A stretch of 64,000 nt of DNA, from assembly GCA_963777605.1 (NCBI GenBank), contig CAVZRV010000013.1, positions 150,520 to 214,519 of the forward strand. The letters are read 5' to 3'. The translations under genes and the position numbers were made by a program. The notes beneath the pieces are model-generated. The model ran no database searches. It saw nothing but the letters and a program-made list of their open reading frames with translations, and was not told where the DNA came from. Below, piece after piece: positions 10,459 through 21,254 of the stretch. This DNA comes from an uncultured Acidobacteriota bacterium. Its GTDB lineage: Bacteria; Acidobacteriota; UBA6911; RPQK01; JAPXNP01. Positions within the stretch are counted from its first letter, which is position 1, and every line of letters starts with the position of its first letter.

Positions 10459-10715
10459 CGGGCACCTCCGCTCACGGGGGGATAAAAGGCCACTTCATCG
10501 CCTTCGGCAACCCGGGTATCCCGGGATGCCAGTTTCTGGTTGACGGCAATGCCGACTTGAAGCTGGTAGCGCGCGAGGCCGGGAGTTTCCGCTGCCAGGC
10601 GTTCGAAGACCTGCCCGGCGGTGAGATCGTCCGAACCGGAAGCCGGCATCGCGAGTGACAGTTCCCCGGCACCCACGACCTCCCGAAGCGATGCGAACAG
10701 CAATACGCGAATCAT
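10455..10715 (-). CDS. moaD: Molybdopterin synthase sulfur carrier
   Basis: VLLFASLRE...AVN...GDEVAFYPPVSGG followed by an AR extension. Adjacent to moaE. Confidence 0.93.
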   Translation of the reverse strand: MIRVLLFASLREVVGAGELSLAMPASGSDDLTAGQVFERLAAETPGLARYQLQVGIAVNQKLASRDTRVAEGDEVAFYPPVSGGAR

Positions 10716-10790
10716 TTCCTCAATTATAGGGGAGTTGACGGTGCAACCTGTCGTTGTGTCCAGGCCCGGGTGGAGGTACCATGAGGGCAG

Positions 10791-12080
10791 ATGAAACGCC
10801 TTTTCTTACTGGTCCTGATGGCTCTTACACTGTCCAGCGTGCAGGGCGAGATCCTGAAGGTTGACATTGATGGCGTGATCGACCCGATCACGGCGGAATT
10901 CATCCAGTCGTCGGTAGATGAGGCTGAAAAGGTCAACGCCGAATTCCTGCTCATTCAACTTCAGACGCCCGGCGGGCTGGGCATCTCTATGCAGCAGATC
11001 GTTCAGACGATTCTGAATTCCAAGGTTCCGATCGTCTGCTATGTCGCACCCAAGGGAGCGCATGCCGCATCGGCCGGGTTCTTCGTCCTGCTTGCCGCCG
11101 ACGTCGCCGCGATGGCACCGGGAACCAACACGGGTGCTGCCCACCCGGTCTTTCCATTCGGGATGGAAAACGATGTCATGCTCGAGAAGGTCAAGAACGA
11201 CGCGCTGGCCAGCCTGAGAAGCATCGTGAACCAGCGGAACCGGAATTACGAACTGGCCGAGAAGGGCGTGGTTGAAAGTAAGTCATATACGGCGCAGGAA
11301 GCGCTCGATGGCCACCTGATCGATCTGATCGGCGACTCCCAGGAAGACCTCCTCGCCAAGCTGGACGGCAGGGAAATCAAGCGGTTTACGGGAGAGACCC
11401 AGATTTTGAGAACGGCGGGCGTTCCGGTTCGCGTACTCGAGATGGGTTATCGGGAGCGACTCCTGTCGGAGATAGCCGATCCGAATTTCGCTTTGATTCT
11501 CGGAGTGGTTGGCCTTCTCGGGCTTTATTTCGAGTTCACCCACCCGGGGATGGTCGTGCCGGGTGTCGTCGGGGGGATCTGTCTGCTACTGGCCCTGTTG
11601 GGATTCTCCCTCGTCCCGATCAGCATCATCGGAGTTCTGCTGATCATCCTTTCGATCGGACTCCTGGTTGCCGAAGTCAAGGTACAGGGATTCGGAGTAC
11701 TCGGTCTCGGAGGAATCATTGCCATGGTTCTTGGAATCCTCTTCCTGATTGACAGCCCGTACCCCGAGTTGAGGATCGGTCTTTCGATCGCACTCGCGGT
11801 CGCCATCCCCTTTGCAGTGATCTTGGTTTTCCTGCTTCGACTCGTGATCCGATCTCACCAGCGGAAGGTGACTACGGGGGAGGCCGGGCTGGTCGGGATG
11901 ATCGGGCAGGCAAGAACGGAAGTCGGACCGACTGGTGGCGGTACGGTGTTTGTCGCCGGTGAACTGTGGCGGGCAACAGCGGGTAGTGCGATTGCTCCGG
12001 GATCAATGGTCCGGGTGGCCCGGGCTCGTAACCTCGACCTGTTCGTTGAACCTTGGACCGGGGGCGACAACTTTGATTGA
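10791..12080 (+). CDS. nfeD: NfeD-family membrane-bound serine protease (long form)
   Basis: TPGG, AASAG, PGTNTGAAHP ClpP-like domain, TM region, GELW.A OB domain. Precedes an SPFH gene. Confidence 0.92.
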   Translation: MKRLFLLVLMALTLSSVQGEILKVDIDGVIDPITAEFIQSSVDEAEKVNAEFLLIQLQTPGGLGISMQQIVQTILNSKVPIVCYVAPKGAHAASAGFFVLLAADVAAMAPGTNTGAAHPVFPFGMENDVMLEKVKNDALASLRSIVNQRNRNYELAEKGVVESKSYTAQEALDGHLIDLIGDSQEDLLAKLDGREIKRFTGETQILRTAGVPVRVLEMGYRERLLSEIADPNFALILGVVGLLGLYFEFTHPGMVVPGVVGGICLLLALLGFSLVPISIIGVLLIILSIGLLVAEVKVQGFGVLGLGGIIAMVLGILFLIDSPYPELRIGLSIALAVAIPFAVILVFLLRLVIRSHQRKVTTGEAGLVGMIGQARTEVGPTGGGTVFVAGELWRATAGSAIAPGSMVRVARARNLDLFVEPWTGGDNFD

Positions 12081-12189
12081 ATCTGAAGCAGAGGTGGAAG
12101 CCGGCCGGCCGGGTTGACTTGAAAGCGATTGAAAGGCTGGCGGACTTGAACATTGTCCTGGACTGAGCGGTCCGGAGGGGAGGGGAGAA

Positions 12190-12957
12190 ATGATTACACC
12201 AACATTCATCATCGTCGGAATCCTGGTGCTCTACCTGTTTTCGGTGATCAACATCCTGCGTGAATACGAACGGGGCGTGGTCTTTCGGTTGGGGCGTCTG
12301 CTTCCGGAAGCAAAAGGTCCCGGCCTGGTTTTGGTATTCTGGCCCATAGATCGCCTGGATAAGGTCAGTTTGAGGACGGTGGCCATGGACGTCCCGGCGC
12401 AGGACGTCATCACCCGCGATAACGTGACGGTCAAAGTGAACGCGATCGTTTACTTCAGGGTACTGGACGCCAACCGGGCGATCGTGAGCGTGGAGAATTA
12501 CCTGTACGCGACTTCGCAGTTGGCGCAAACTACACTGCGGTCGGTCCTGGGTGAGGTGGAACTCGATGATCTCCTCAGCCAGCGGGAAGTTTTGAACGCA
12601 CGGCTGCAGAACATCCTGGACGAGCACACCGATGTCTGGGGCATCAAGGTGTCGATGGTCGAGATCAAAACGGTTGACCTGCCGACCGAGATGCAGAGGG
12701 CCATGGCCCGGCAGGCTGAGGCCGAGCGGGAACGGCGTGCAAAAGTCATTCACGCCCAGGGCGAGTTCGAGGCAGCGCAGCGATTGCAGGAAGCGGCGAC
12801 CGTGCTGGCAGTGGAGCCGATTGCCATCCAGTTGCGCTACCTGAGTACATTGACTGAAATTGGCCTTGAACAGAATTCAACGATCGTCTTTCCCATTCCG
12901 ATTGACCTGCTGACACCCCTGCTCGAGAAGCGGCAGCCGACAGCTAAGAAAGAGTAG
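12190..12957 (+). CDS. SPFH/stomatin (slipin) family protein
   Basis: [37 protein letters not shown]. Confidence 0.93.
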   Translation: MITPTFIIVGILVLYLFSVINILREYERGVVFRLGRLLPEAKGPGLVLVFWPIDRLDKVSLRTVAMDVPAQDVITRDNVTVKVNAIVYFRVLDANRAIVSVENYLYATSQLAQTTLRSVLGEVELDDLLSQREVLNARLQNILDEHTDVWGIKVSMVEIKTVDLPTEMQRAMARQAEAERERRAKVIHAQGEFEAAQRLQEAATVLAVEPIAIQLRYLSTLTEIGLEQNSTIVFPIPIDLLTPLLEKRQPTAKKE

Positions 12958-12971
12958 AAGAGTCGTTTCCC

Positions 12972-13607
12972 ATGAAGCCAGTCTTTCAGGCCCGTCAGGC
13001 CTTTGCACTTTACGCAGTTTTGCTGCTCTGTTTTGCCGGACTCTACTTTGCCGGACTGGAATTCGGCCAAGGGGGAGAGGCGGCCTCGCCGGAACGGCTT
13101 GCAAGTTCTCCTGCCGTCCCGGCGGGCGCCCCTGCCGGAGCGCCCGTTGAAGTTTACGACGATCTCGGGCAGCTTGGGGACAAGTCGGCTGGCGGGCAGC
13201 CGGAGACGGGTACCGTGGAGACGACGGCCGCGGAGGCCGCAAAGAGCGGGGGAGTTTCCGTCCCGGCAGCCCGCGAGACCAGTCCGCCACGGCCGACGAC
13301 CCAGGGGGAGCGGTCCGCCCAGAATTCCAGGAGTGCCGTGAAGCCGGAACCTGCGACAAAGGCTCCTGCGGGAGAAACGCGCTATACGATCCAGGTAGCC
13401 GCGCACTCGAAACGGGAAGAAGCGGAGCAGACACTGCTTCGACTGGAAGACAAGCAGTTTATCGGGCGGATACGGCCGCCCCAGGGACCGGGTGACACGT
13501 ACTACCGGGTTTGGGTAGGGGATTTTGGATCTCGCGAGGAGGCCCGGACCATGGAAGACCAGCTGAAGGCCGCGGGCTTTCTGACGTACCTGCGAAAGAT
13601 CGAATGA
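12972..13607 (+). CDS. SPOR domain-containing membrane protein
   Basis: N-terminal TM, Pro/Ala linker, YTIQVAA...YYRVWVGDF C-terminal SPOR domain. Confidence 0.85.
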   Translation: MKPVFQARQAFALYAVLLLCFAGLYFAGLEFGQGGEAASPERLASSPAVPAGAPAGAPVEVYDDLGQLGDKSAGGQPETGTVETTAAEAAKSGGVSVPAARETSPPRPTTQGERSAQNSRSAVKPEPATKAPAGETRYTIQVAAHSKREEAEQTLLRLEDKQFIGRIRPPQGPGDTYYRVWVGDFGSREEARTMEDQLKAAGFLTYLRKIE

Positions 13608-15118
13608 AGATTGCCGCGCTCGGTGGGCTGGTCTCGGGCATCCTGTTGTGCCTGGCCTTCCCGGGTTTCTCGTGGTTTCCTATCGCCTGGTTTGCCCTGA
13701 TTCCCTACCTGTACGTCTGCGTCAAGCGCTCCGGGGGATGGAAGGGAATTTTGCTTGCCCATCTCCTGTTCTGTTCCGCCTTCTTCGGCGGGCTCCTCTA
13801 CTGGATTCCAGGAGTCCTGATTCACTACGGATCGCTACCGCCCGCACTCGGCTGGACGGCACTGTTTTTGGTCGTCTTGTTGCTGGCCTTGATTTCGGCG
13901 TCTTTTCCCATTCTCGTCGGATGGACCGCGCAGTGGTCCAGGGAAAGTGCCGCTTTCGCCGCCGCCGGCTTCTGGATCCTTTCGGAGTTGTTGAGAAACA
14001 AGCTTCCGTTCGGCGGCTTTCCCTGGGGCAGTGTCGGCTATTCCCAGCTGGGTTATTCATGGGTGATTCAGTCTGCCGACCTGGGAAGTGTTTATCTCGT
14101 ATCCGGGCTGGTCATACTGGTCAATGCCGGGTTGCTGTCGGCGGTCTGGTTGCGGCGCTACCGTTTGACGGTTGTCGCGGTTGCAATGTTCGGGCTCGCC
14201 AACCTTTACGGGTTCTACCGGATTAATGTCTGGAATCCGAGTCCCGCCGGCAGTATCACGGTTGGAGTCTGCCAGGGCGACATCGGGCTCAAGGATGACC
14301 TGGAGCACTACGCCGGAAAGTACTTCAAGACGCTCCCCCGCCTCTTTGAAGAAGCTGCGGGACAGGGTGCGCGTTGGGTCATTTTCCCCGAAGCGCAGAA
14401 CCCGTACCGCTTTGAACGGGATTTCTACTTCCGGGAATTCTGGTCGGCCAAGGCGAGGATCCACGGTACGTATCTTCTTTTCAATAACACGACGTCGGGC
14501 GAAGCAGGGTACTACAACAGCGCTTTGCTGTTGGACCCGCAGGGGGATATGGTCTACCGCTACGACAAGAGTCACCTGGTGCCATTCGGAGAGTACCTCC
14601 CGCTGTCGGGACTGTTTGGAACCTTCTCGGCACTCGTGGCCGAAGTGAGTAGTTTTAGCGCGGGCGAGCCGGGTGACGTGGGAAAAGTGGGTGACATTCC
14701 CTTTGGGACGCTGATCTGTTTCGAGGGGATCTTTCCCGAATTGGCGCGCGCTGCGGTCGATCGCGGCGCACTGGTCCTCGTCCAGATTACGAATGACGGC
14801 TGGTTTGGAAATACGGCGGCCCCGGCGCAGCATCTCCAGATTGCAGCCGTTCGGGCCATTGAAACGCGACGTCACCTGATCCGGGCGGCAAACACCGGGT
14901 ACAGTGCATTTATCTCTCCGTGGGGCGAAATCGAGGAGCGTACCGAGCTGTTCAAGGAGACCGAGATTGTTCGGACGATCCAACCCGCCACTAACACCAC
15001 GCCCTTTCTGCTCTTCGGCTACTGGCCTGCTTATCTGGTTATAATGGTGTCACTTTCAATGGCCGCCGCGGCCCGATACGCGGTTCGTGGGCAGGCCGCG
15101 GAGGAAGAAAGACATTGA
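13604..15118 (+). CDS. lnt: Apolipoprotein N-acyltransferase
   Basis: GFPWGSVGYSQ, FPE, YDKSHLVPFGEY, ICFE, TNDGWFG, RAANTG. ATG at 13604 overlaps the SPOR stop. Confidence 0.95.
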   Translation: MKIAALGGLVSGILLCLAFPGFSWFPIAWFALIPYLYVCVKRSGGWKGILLAHLLFCSAFFGGLLYWIPGVLIHYGSLPPALGWTALFLVVLLLALISASFPILVGWTAQWSRESAAFAAAGFWILSELLRNKLPFGGFPWGSVGYSQLGYSWVIQSADLGSVYLVSGLVILVNAGLLSAVWLRRYRLTVVAVAMFGLANLYGFYRINVWNPSPAGSITVGVCQGDIGLKDDLEHYAGKYFKTLPRLFEEAAGQGARWVIFPEAQNPYRFERDFYFREFWSAKARIHGTYLLFNNTTSGEAGYYNSALLLDPQGDMVYRYDKSHLVPFGEYLPLSGLFGTFSALVAEVSSFSAGEPGDVGKVGDIPFGTLICFEGIFPELARAAVDRGALVLVQITNDGWFGNTAAPAQHLQIAAVRAIETRRHLIRAANTGYSAFISPWGEIEERTELFKETEIVRTIQPATNTTPFLLFGYWPAYLVIMVSLSMAAAARYAVRGQAAEEERH

Positions 15119-16243
15119 ACGAAGATATCCAGTTGCAGTTTCAGGATTTAAAGGATAGGACCAACCAGCTCTGGGGGTATCTTTGACATAGAAGGCAAAC
15201 AGGCTGAGCTGGCGAAGATCGAGGTTCACATTTCTCAGCCCGGTTTCTGGGACGACCCGGAAGGCTCCCAGCAGATTCTCAAACGGCGAAGCCGGTTGCA
15301 GAAGAGCGTGGCTCTCGCTGAGTCCTGCCGCACGGCCCTGGGTGACCTGGGTGCCCTGATCGAGCTCCAGGAGGAAGGGGAAGAAGTCGGGGATGAGCTG
15401 GGCCGGGAATTGGGCCGGCTGCAGTCCCAGATCGAGCGGACCGAAACCCAGACCCTGTTGTCGGGTGAAAACGACGGGCTCAGCGCGATCGTGACCATCC
15501 ACCCCGGCGCCGGGGGGACGGAGAGCCAGGACTGGGCGGAGATGCTGTTTCGCATGTACTTGCGTTGGGCGGAAGCGCACGAATATCGGACAGAAGTGAC
15601 CGACTACCAGGTTGGCGAGGAGGCGGGCGTCAAGTCGGCGACCTTCTTGGTTGAAGGCGATTCCGCTTATGGGTATCTCTCGGCGGAGATCGGAGTCCAC
15701 CGGCTGGTGCGGATCTCCCCGTTTGACGCGGGCGCTCGCCGCCACACCTCCTTTGCGTCGGTTTTCGTGACCCCGGAGATCGAAGACGACGTCGAGGTCG
15801 AGGTCGAAGAGAAGGACCTGAGAATCGACACGTACCGGTCATCGGGTGCCGGAGGACAGCACGTCAACGTTACCGATTCCGCGGTTCGAATCACCCACCT
15901 GCCGACGGGCATCGTAGTCCAGTGCCAGAATGAACGTTCCCAGCACCGGAACCGCGAAGTCGCCATGAAGATCCTCCGTTCCAAGCTCTACGAGCTGGAA
16001 CTCGAGAAGCGGCGTGCCGAACTCCAGGGAATTGAAGACCAGAAAGCCGACATAGCCTGGGGAAGCCAGATCAGGTCGTACGTGTTGCATCCATACCGGC
16101 TGGTGAAGGACCATCGAACTAAAGAAGAGCGAGGAGACGTTGACGGGGTGCTGGATGGCGACCTCGACAAGTTTATCACCGCCTATCTCAAGCAGAAAAG
16201 CCGACTGAAACAGCAATCGCAGCGCCAACTATCGGAGGCCTAA
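15115..16243 (+). CDS. prfB: Peptide chain release factor 2 with programmed +1 frameshift
   Basis: TTG start at 15115, GGGGGTAT-CTT-TGA-C at 15173-15187, +1 frame gives DIEGK...GFWDDP, SPF and GGQ motifs. Confidence 0.96.
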
Positions 16244-16244
16244 G

Positions 16245-16955
16245 GTGACGCAGCCCGATTTTGCCGTCGAGAATCAGTCGCCGCAGGATTTGAAGCAGGA
16301 GGCTCTCCTGATCCGGGAGCGGTTGCGGGAGGCCCGGAAGTCGGAACGTGAGACTGGATTCCCTTCCGGGAGACGATGGCTCTTTGGGTTTTGCATCTTC
16401 GGAATCCTCGGAATCGCCCTGGTTCTGCTTGGCTCAGACGAGTTTAGGCGCCGCGCGGTAGACCCGGTGGCTGGTATCCTGGCGAGCAGAAGTTCGCCCG
16501 AAAACCAGGTTTTCGAGCTTCCGCCGCCGCCCCCGGTTGCAACCGAGACCAAAACCGGCTCGGCCATTCAGTTCCAGGGTGGCACCATCAGCTTCAGCGA
16601 CGAAGGGTTCCAGGGGGTTCTTTACGCGGATACCGATCCCACCCTCGAATCGAGCGACTCGGAATCTTCGAAGGATCAAGGCTTCGTTCCTCCTCCGAAA
16701 TCCCCGGAATCGGAGAAGGCTTTTGCGCTGCTGCAGGAGAAGTCTCCGGTTGCAGCCCAGATCGTTTCCGGAGAGAAAGAGGGCTACACCTTCAAGGAAT
16801 GGGCTCCGGTCAAAGCCGATCCTCCCGTCTTTTTCATCGACCTGGTCGTGAATCGGACCGAGACTGGAAAAGACCTTCATTTGGTCTGGGAAATCAAGAT
16901 GGACGCGGAATCCGTCACGCCAATGAGCCAGGCCGCACGTGACCTCGCCAAATAG
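16245..16955 (+). CDS. Hypothetical single-TM protein
   Basis: 236-aa ORF starting 2 nt after prfB, one hydrophobic segment, Pro-rich linker. Confidence 0.65.
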   Translation: MTQPDFAVENQSPQDLKQEALLIRERLREARKSERETGFPSGRRWLFGFCIFGILGIALVLLGSDEFRRRAVDPVAGILASRSSPENQVFELPPPPPVATETKTGSAIQFQGGTISFSDEGFQGVLYADTDPTLESSDSESSKDQGFVPPPKSPESEKAFALLQEKSPVAAQIVSGEKEGYTFKEWAPVKADPPVFFIDLVVNRTETGKDLHLVWEIKMDAESVTPMSQAARDLAK

Positions 16956-17388
16956 ACATTTTCGATTTGCGATCTTGGGGTGGTGTTGCCGAAATCGCCA
17001 TCGGCGCCAAATCTGACTCGTCTCCGCGCCCAATCCGTCGGCGAGCGCACGAAGCCCCCGGGCAAAGCCTCCGGCGGAGGCCAAACCCCTATCCCCATCT
17101 AGTATTAACGAACGTGTGGGAAAAAGTGCGAAGAAGCCGCGGAAAGAACGTGAAAGAGGCGCCGTTCGGAGGGTGAGGAAGCGAAGGGACCGTGTGGGAG
17201 AAAGGATGCGCAGACGATCCAGGGAGAGACGGTTCCTCCTTCGGAGTTTGGGCAACACACCATTGGATTTGTGATTTCGTATGGGGTGCGGGTCGTCAAT
17301 TCCCGCTTCTCGCTTCTCGATTTCCGATTCCAATACGGAACCCCGAAACTCCAGAACCCAAACCCGTTCGAGTGCCGGCCGGCAGACT

Positions 17389-17967
17389 TCAATCGGTTCC
17401 TGCCGACAACCGGTCGAGCAAATGGATCAAATTGGAATCCTGAATCTGTTCCCGGGCGGATGTCTTGAACTCACTCAGGTCGAGCGGGAAAGTTCGCTCA
17501 TAGGCCGCGGCCTGGAAAGCCATTTCGAGCTTGTCGATCTGTCGGACGAAGCGGGCTTCGGGCGTTTCGCCGGCTTCGTATTCATGCCAGAGATCGAGGA
17601 TTCGATCCCTCGACGAGAGGAGGCAGGCGACGCGCTGGACACCCTTGCTCTCCAACTCGTGTTTGGCTGCCGATGACACTTCGTCCGCCGGCGTGAGATC
17701 TCCAGCATCTATCTCCCCCAGTTCGTGGACCAGAGCCAGTTCCAGTACCCGGAGTCTGTCGAGGGCCTGGGGGGAGTCCTCACTCAAAAGAAGAGCCAGA
17801 AGAGCGGTTGCAAAAACGTGTTCGGCGACGCTTTCACAGTCTTCCCGGGAGACCCCACGAAGCAGCCAACCGCTCCGGAACAGTTTCTTCAGGGCAGTCA
17901 TCTCGAAATAGAACGCAAGAACTCCCTGCTCCGAGGCTTCCGCGGTTGAGGGTTTCTTCGAGTTCAT
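17389..17967 (-). CDS. HD-domain phosphohydrolase (YfbR/HDDC2-like)
   Basis: LKKLFRSGW...ESVAEH...HELGE...GD...DKLE. Confidence 0.88.
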   Translation of the reverse strand: MNSKKPSTAEASEQGVLAFYFEMTALKKLFRSGWLLRGVSREDCESVAEHVFATALLALLLSEDSPQALDRLRVLELALVHELGEIDAGDLTPADEVSSAAKHELESKGVQRVACLLSSRDRILDLWHEYEAGETPEARFVRQIDKLEMAFQAAAYERTFPLDLSEFKTSAREQIQDSNLIHLLDRLSAGTD

Positions 17968-17976
17968 CGGGCTATC

Positions 17977-18189
17977 TCAAAACTGTCGGTCGAAGTGCTT
18001 GCTGTCCAGTGGAGAACGGGATACCCAGCCCGGCGAATCCTGACGGTGGCTGAACAGGCGCCGGAGCAGGGCGATCGGCAGAACCAGCAGGTAGAAGGAC
18101 AGGATAATGATCAGCGAAGTGTTGATCGTCCCAATAAAATGACCGACACGCTGGAATCCCAGCCACAAGATCTGGATGCCCCGTTTCAT
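17977..18189 (-). CDS. SxtJ-like small membrane protein
   Basis: 70 aa, G.INT.LI...FYLL..PI...RQF C-terminus, as found beside NodU/CmcH carbamoyltransferases. Confidence 0.7.
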   Translation of the reverse strand: MKRGIQILWLGFQRVGHFIGTINTSLIIILSFYLLVLPIALLRRLFSHRQDSPGWVSRSPLDSKHFDRQF

Positions 18190-18375
18190 GGTTATGACTC
18201 TAACGGAAAATGGTTCCGGGTTCCGGGTTTCGAGGTCGGGAGGATTGACTCATCGGTGTTTTCCTGACCATCACGTGAAAGTATCTCCAAATCAAAAATC
18301 AAAGATCGTAGATGCTCCTAGTGTCCTGGCACGTATCCGGGGCTCTGAAAGCGTCATATGATGCGTGACAGGATA

Positions 18376-20103
18376 CTAGAGTCCGCACGGCTGTTCTTCC
18401 TTGCGCAGCACGTGGTTGCCGATCACGAGCAGATCCATCCCTGTGCGCATGAAGCAGTTGTAGGCATCCGCCGGAGATTCGACAATTGGCTCACCGCGCA
18501 CATTGAAACTCGTGTTGAGGACCAGCGGGCAGCCGGTCCGGCGGGCAAACGCCTCAATCAGGTCGTAGTAGCGTGGGTTCTGGCGGCGGTTGACGGTCTG
18601 GATTCGAGCCGAACCGTCAACGTGGGTAATTGCCGGAACCGACGATCGCTGCTCAGGTCGGACGGATGCGACCAGCAGCATGTATGGACTGGGATGCTCC
18701 AATTCGAACACCTCCGCCGTCCGGTCTTCCAAAACGGAAGGGGCGAACGGCCGAAAGGACTCGCGATACTTGATCCTCAGGTTGACTTCGTCGAGCATGC
18801 CGGGTCGTCTCGGGTCGGCCAGAATGCTTCGGTTTCCGAGTGCCCGGGGACCGAACTCCATCCGGCCCTGAAACCACCCCACGACGGCGCCGTCGGCGAT
18901 CCGCTGAGCCGTATAGTCGAGGAGCTCGCCGTCGCTCATCGACTCGCTTCGAGCCCCAACCCCGGAAAGAAAATCGGCAACTTCAGGATCCCCATACTCG
19001 TTCCCGACCAGCGACCACTGCTGCCGATCGTCGCCCTCCTCCGCCATGATGCGAGGGTTGTCCAGGTATCGGTGCCAGACGGCGAGGGCAGCGCCAAGCG
19101 CTCCCCCCGCGTCGCCGGATGCCGGCTGGATCCAGATCCGATCGAAGGGAGTTTCGCGGATGATTCGCCCGTTGGCGACACAATTGAGTGCGACGCCTCC
19201 GGCCATGCAGAGATTCCTTTCCGACGTCTGTACATGCAGGTGAGAAGCGGTCTGAATCATGACGCGCTCGGTGACTCGCTGGATCGATGCCGCCATATCC
19301 TTGTGGAACTGGGTAATCGGGTCATGCTTTCCCCTGACCGGCTTGCCCCAGTAATCGCAGAATCGTTGGGAAGCCATCCGCAGGCCGGTCTCGAACTCAA
19401 AGAACCCCGGGTTCAGCGTGAATGCCCCGTCATCCCGCAGTGAAATCAGGTCCCCGAGAATCCGTTCCGCGTACAGCGGCTTGCCGTACGGAGCCAAGCC
19501 CATCAACTTGTACTCTCCCGAGTTCACCTTGAAGCCCAGGTAATAGGTGAACGTGGAATAGAGCAGTCCCAGGGAATCGGGGAATCGAATCTCGTGGGTC
19601 AGCTGGAGCTGGTTCCCGGAGCCTTGCCCGAGTGCGGTCGTGGTCCACTCACCGACGCCATCGACAGTATAGATCGCGGCAGAGTCGAACGGTGAAGCGA
19701 AGAATGCCGACGCCGCATGGGATTCATGGTGCTCGGAGAAGAGAATGGGGCCTTCGTAGTCGAGTTGCTTGCCGAGTCGATCCTTGATCCACAACTTCTC
19801 CTTGGTCCAGACGGGGATTGCCTTGAGATAGGACCGCAAACCGCGGGGACTGTTGTGGAGGTAGGTTTCGAGGAGACGGTCGAACTTCGCGAAAGGCTTT
19901 TCGTAGAAGACGACGTAGTCCAAGTCCGAAATGGCACACTGTCCTATTCTCAGGCATTCCCGAATGGCCTTCGCGGGGAACTCGCTGTCGTGCTTCTTGC
20001 GCGAGAAACGCTCCTCCTGGAGGGCCGCGGTGATCCTGCCGTCCGTCAGGAGGGCCGCCGCGCTGTCGTGGTAGAAAGCCGAAATCCCGAGGATGCGGGT
20101 CAT
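18376..20103 (-). CDS. O-carbamoyltransferase (NodU/CmcH family)
   Basis: GISAFYHDSAA, EERFSRKKH, HHESHAASAF, GEYKLMGLAPYG, GGVALNC, EFGPRALGNRS, LNTSFN. Confidence 0.95.
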   Translation of the reverse strand: MTRILGISAFYHDSAAALLTDGRITAALQEERFSRKKHDSEFPAKAIRECLRIGQCAISDLDYVVFYEKPFAKFDRLLETYLHNSPRGLRSYLKAIPVWTKEKLWIKDRLGKQLDYEGPILFSEHHESHAASAFFASPFDSAAIYTVDGVGEWTTTALGQGSGNQLQLTHEIRFPDSLGLLYSTFTYYLGFKVNSGEYKLMGLAPYGKPLYAERILGDLISLRDDGAFTLNPGFFEFETGLRMASQRFCDYWGKPVRGKHDPITQFHKDMAASIQRVTERVMIQTASHLHVQTSERNLCMAGGVALNCVANGRIIRETPFDRIWIQPASGDAGGALGAALAVWHRYLDNPRIMAEEGDDRQQWSLVGNEYGDPEVADFLSGVGARSESMSDGELLDYTAQRIADGAVVGWFQGRMEFGPRALGNRSILADPRRPGMLDEVNLRIKYRESFRPFAPSVLEDRTAEVFELEHPSPYMLLVASVRPEQRSSVPAITHVDGSARIQTVNRRQNPRYYDLIEAFARRTGCPLVLNTSFNVRGEPIVESPADAYNCFMRTGMDLLVIGNHVLRKEEQPCGL

Positions 20104-21254
20104 CGCTCGAGTGACTCCTGCTGGTCCGGCCCGGCACCGTCAGAGCCCTGGTTCTCCCGGGGTGGGAACATTGCGGCGAGGCGTCGAGCCAGAGCCTGTC
20201 CGACAGCCTGGTTCCCGTCTTCGGTCAGGTGGGCAAAGTCGAAGAACATCGTGCTTCCGCCCGCCTCGCGCAATGGGGGCTCCATGTCGATCCAGTTGAT
20301 GCCGGACTGCCGGGCCCACTGCCGGGCCCGTTGCAAAAGGGCCTGCGCCGGTTCGGTATAGCCCGCCACGTTCTCGAAGACGTAGCGCGACGGCATCAGC
20401 ATCAGGAGAAACGGCATATCGTGGTTTCGCAACAGTTCTGCCATTCCTTCGATGGATCCCTCCAGGTGGCTCCACCCGATTTCGATCCGCTCCGGAGTCA
20501 GGAGGACCTGGTCAAATCCCAGGGAATAGAGAACCGGGGACGCCGGAGGCTGGTCTTTCTCAAAACGGGAGTAGAGGTTGAGCAGCCGTCGGACCAGCAC
20601 GGTGTATAGGTAAGTGCGCTGGAGTAGCCGGTTACTGGTTGTGTAGGTGCCGAGCAGGTTGCCGTCCCAGCTGACCTGGTAGCGTCCTCCGACGACTGCA
20701 TCAGGTCCGGTAGATGTCTGGCCTTTCCAGCGAAGGAGGGCCTCGTCGCTCAGGTCATTGCAGAGTTCGATCTCCACGATGACCAGGTTGGGCGACAGTT
20801 CCAGCCCTTCGTGTTTGAGGTAAACACAGTAACCCGAGGGACTGAACCCCTGCCCACCAGCATTAATTATGCGGGACCGGGTGCCAGGAAATTCGCTTGT
20901 GAGTATCCGTTCGGCTACTTTGGTGTAATGTGCCTTGGCTTCGACCCCGAGGCCGAAACCGATCGAGTCTCCCAGCGAGAGAACCCGGAATTCGTCCGGT
21001 TCCGGTTTGGTGGGAAAGTCTTCCTCATCCCGAAACCCGAAACGGTTGGTGTGAAAGGGCACTCCCCAGAAGACGCCGGAATAGTTCGGTTTCAGTCGAG
21101 CCGGGGTCCAGTCGGTCCGAACAACGTGGTCGCGCTTCTCCGAGGATTCGGAGAGGCTGCTCCAGCGCAGGGCGAGTTCCGTGGCGACCAGGACTACGGT
21201 CCCGATCACGGCGAAGAGTAGCAGGGTGAGCAGGTAGAGCTTGGCTTTTTTCAT
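20100..21254 (-). CDS. SGNH/GDSL hydrolase family protein
   Basis: N-terminal TM, TNRFGFRD, LGDS, DFAHLT. Confidence 0.85.
   Translation of the reverse strand: MKKAKLYLLTLLLFAVIGTVVLVATELALRWSSLSESSEKRDHVVRTDWTPARLKPNYSGVFWGVPFHTNRFGFRDEEDFPTKPEPDEFRVLSLGDSIGFGLGVEAKAHYTKVAERILTSEFPGTRSRIINAGGQGFSPSGYCVYLKHEGLELSPNLVIVEIELCNDLSDEALLRWKGQTSTGPDAVVGGRYQVSWDGNLLGTYTTSNRLLQRTYLYTVLVRRLLNLYSRFEKDQPPASPVLYSLGFDQVLLTPERIEIGWSHLEGSIEGMAELLRNHDMPFLLMLMPSRYVFENVAGYTEPAQALLQRARQWARQSGINWIDMEPPLREAGGSTMFFDFAHLTEDGNQAVGQALARRLAAMFPPRENQGSDGAGPDQQESLER

Noticed and set aside
16956-17388. Possible ncRNA in the 430-bp gap between convergent genes (similarly 28270-28546)
   Set aside because: Purine-rich with some stems, but no recognisable family motif. 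An Rfam or covariation search would be needed.
17977-20103. Saxitoxin biosynthesis (sxtI/sxtJ-like genes)
   Set aside because: No sxtA, sxtG or other core genes are present. These families are widespread outside toxin clusters.
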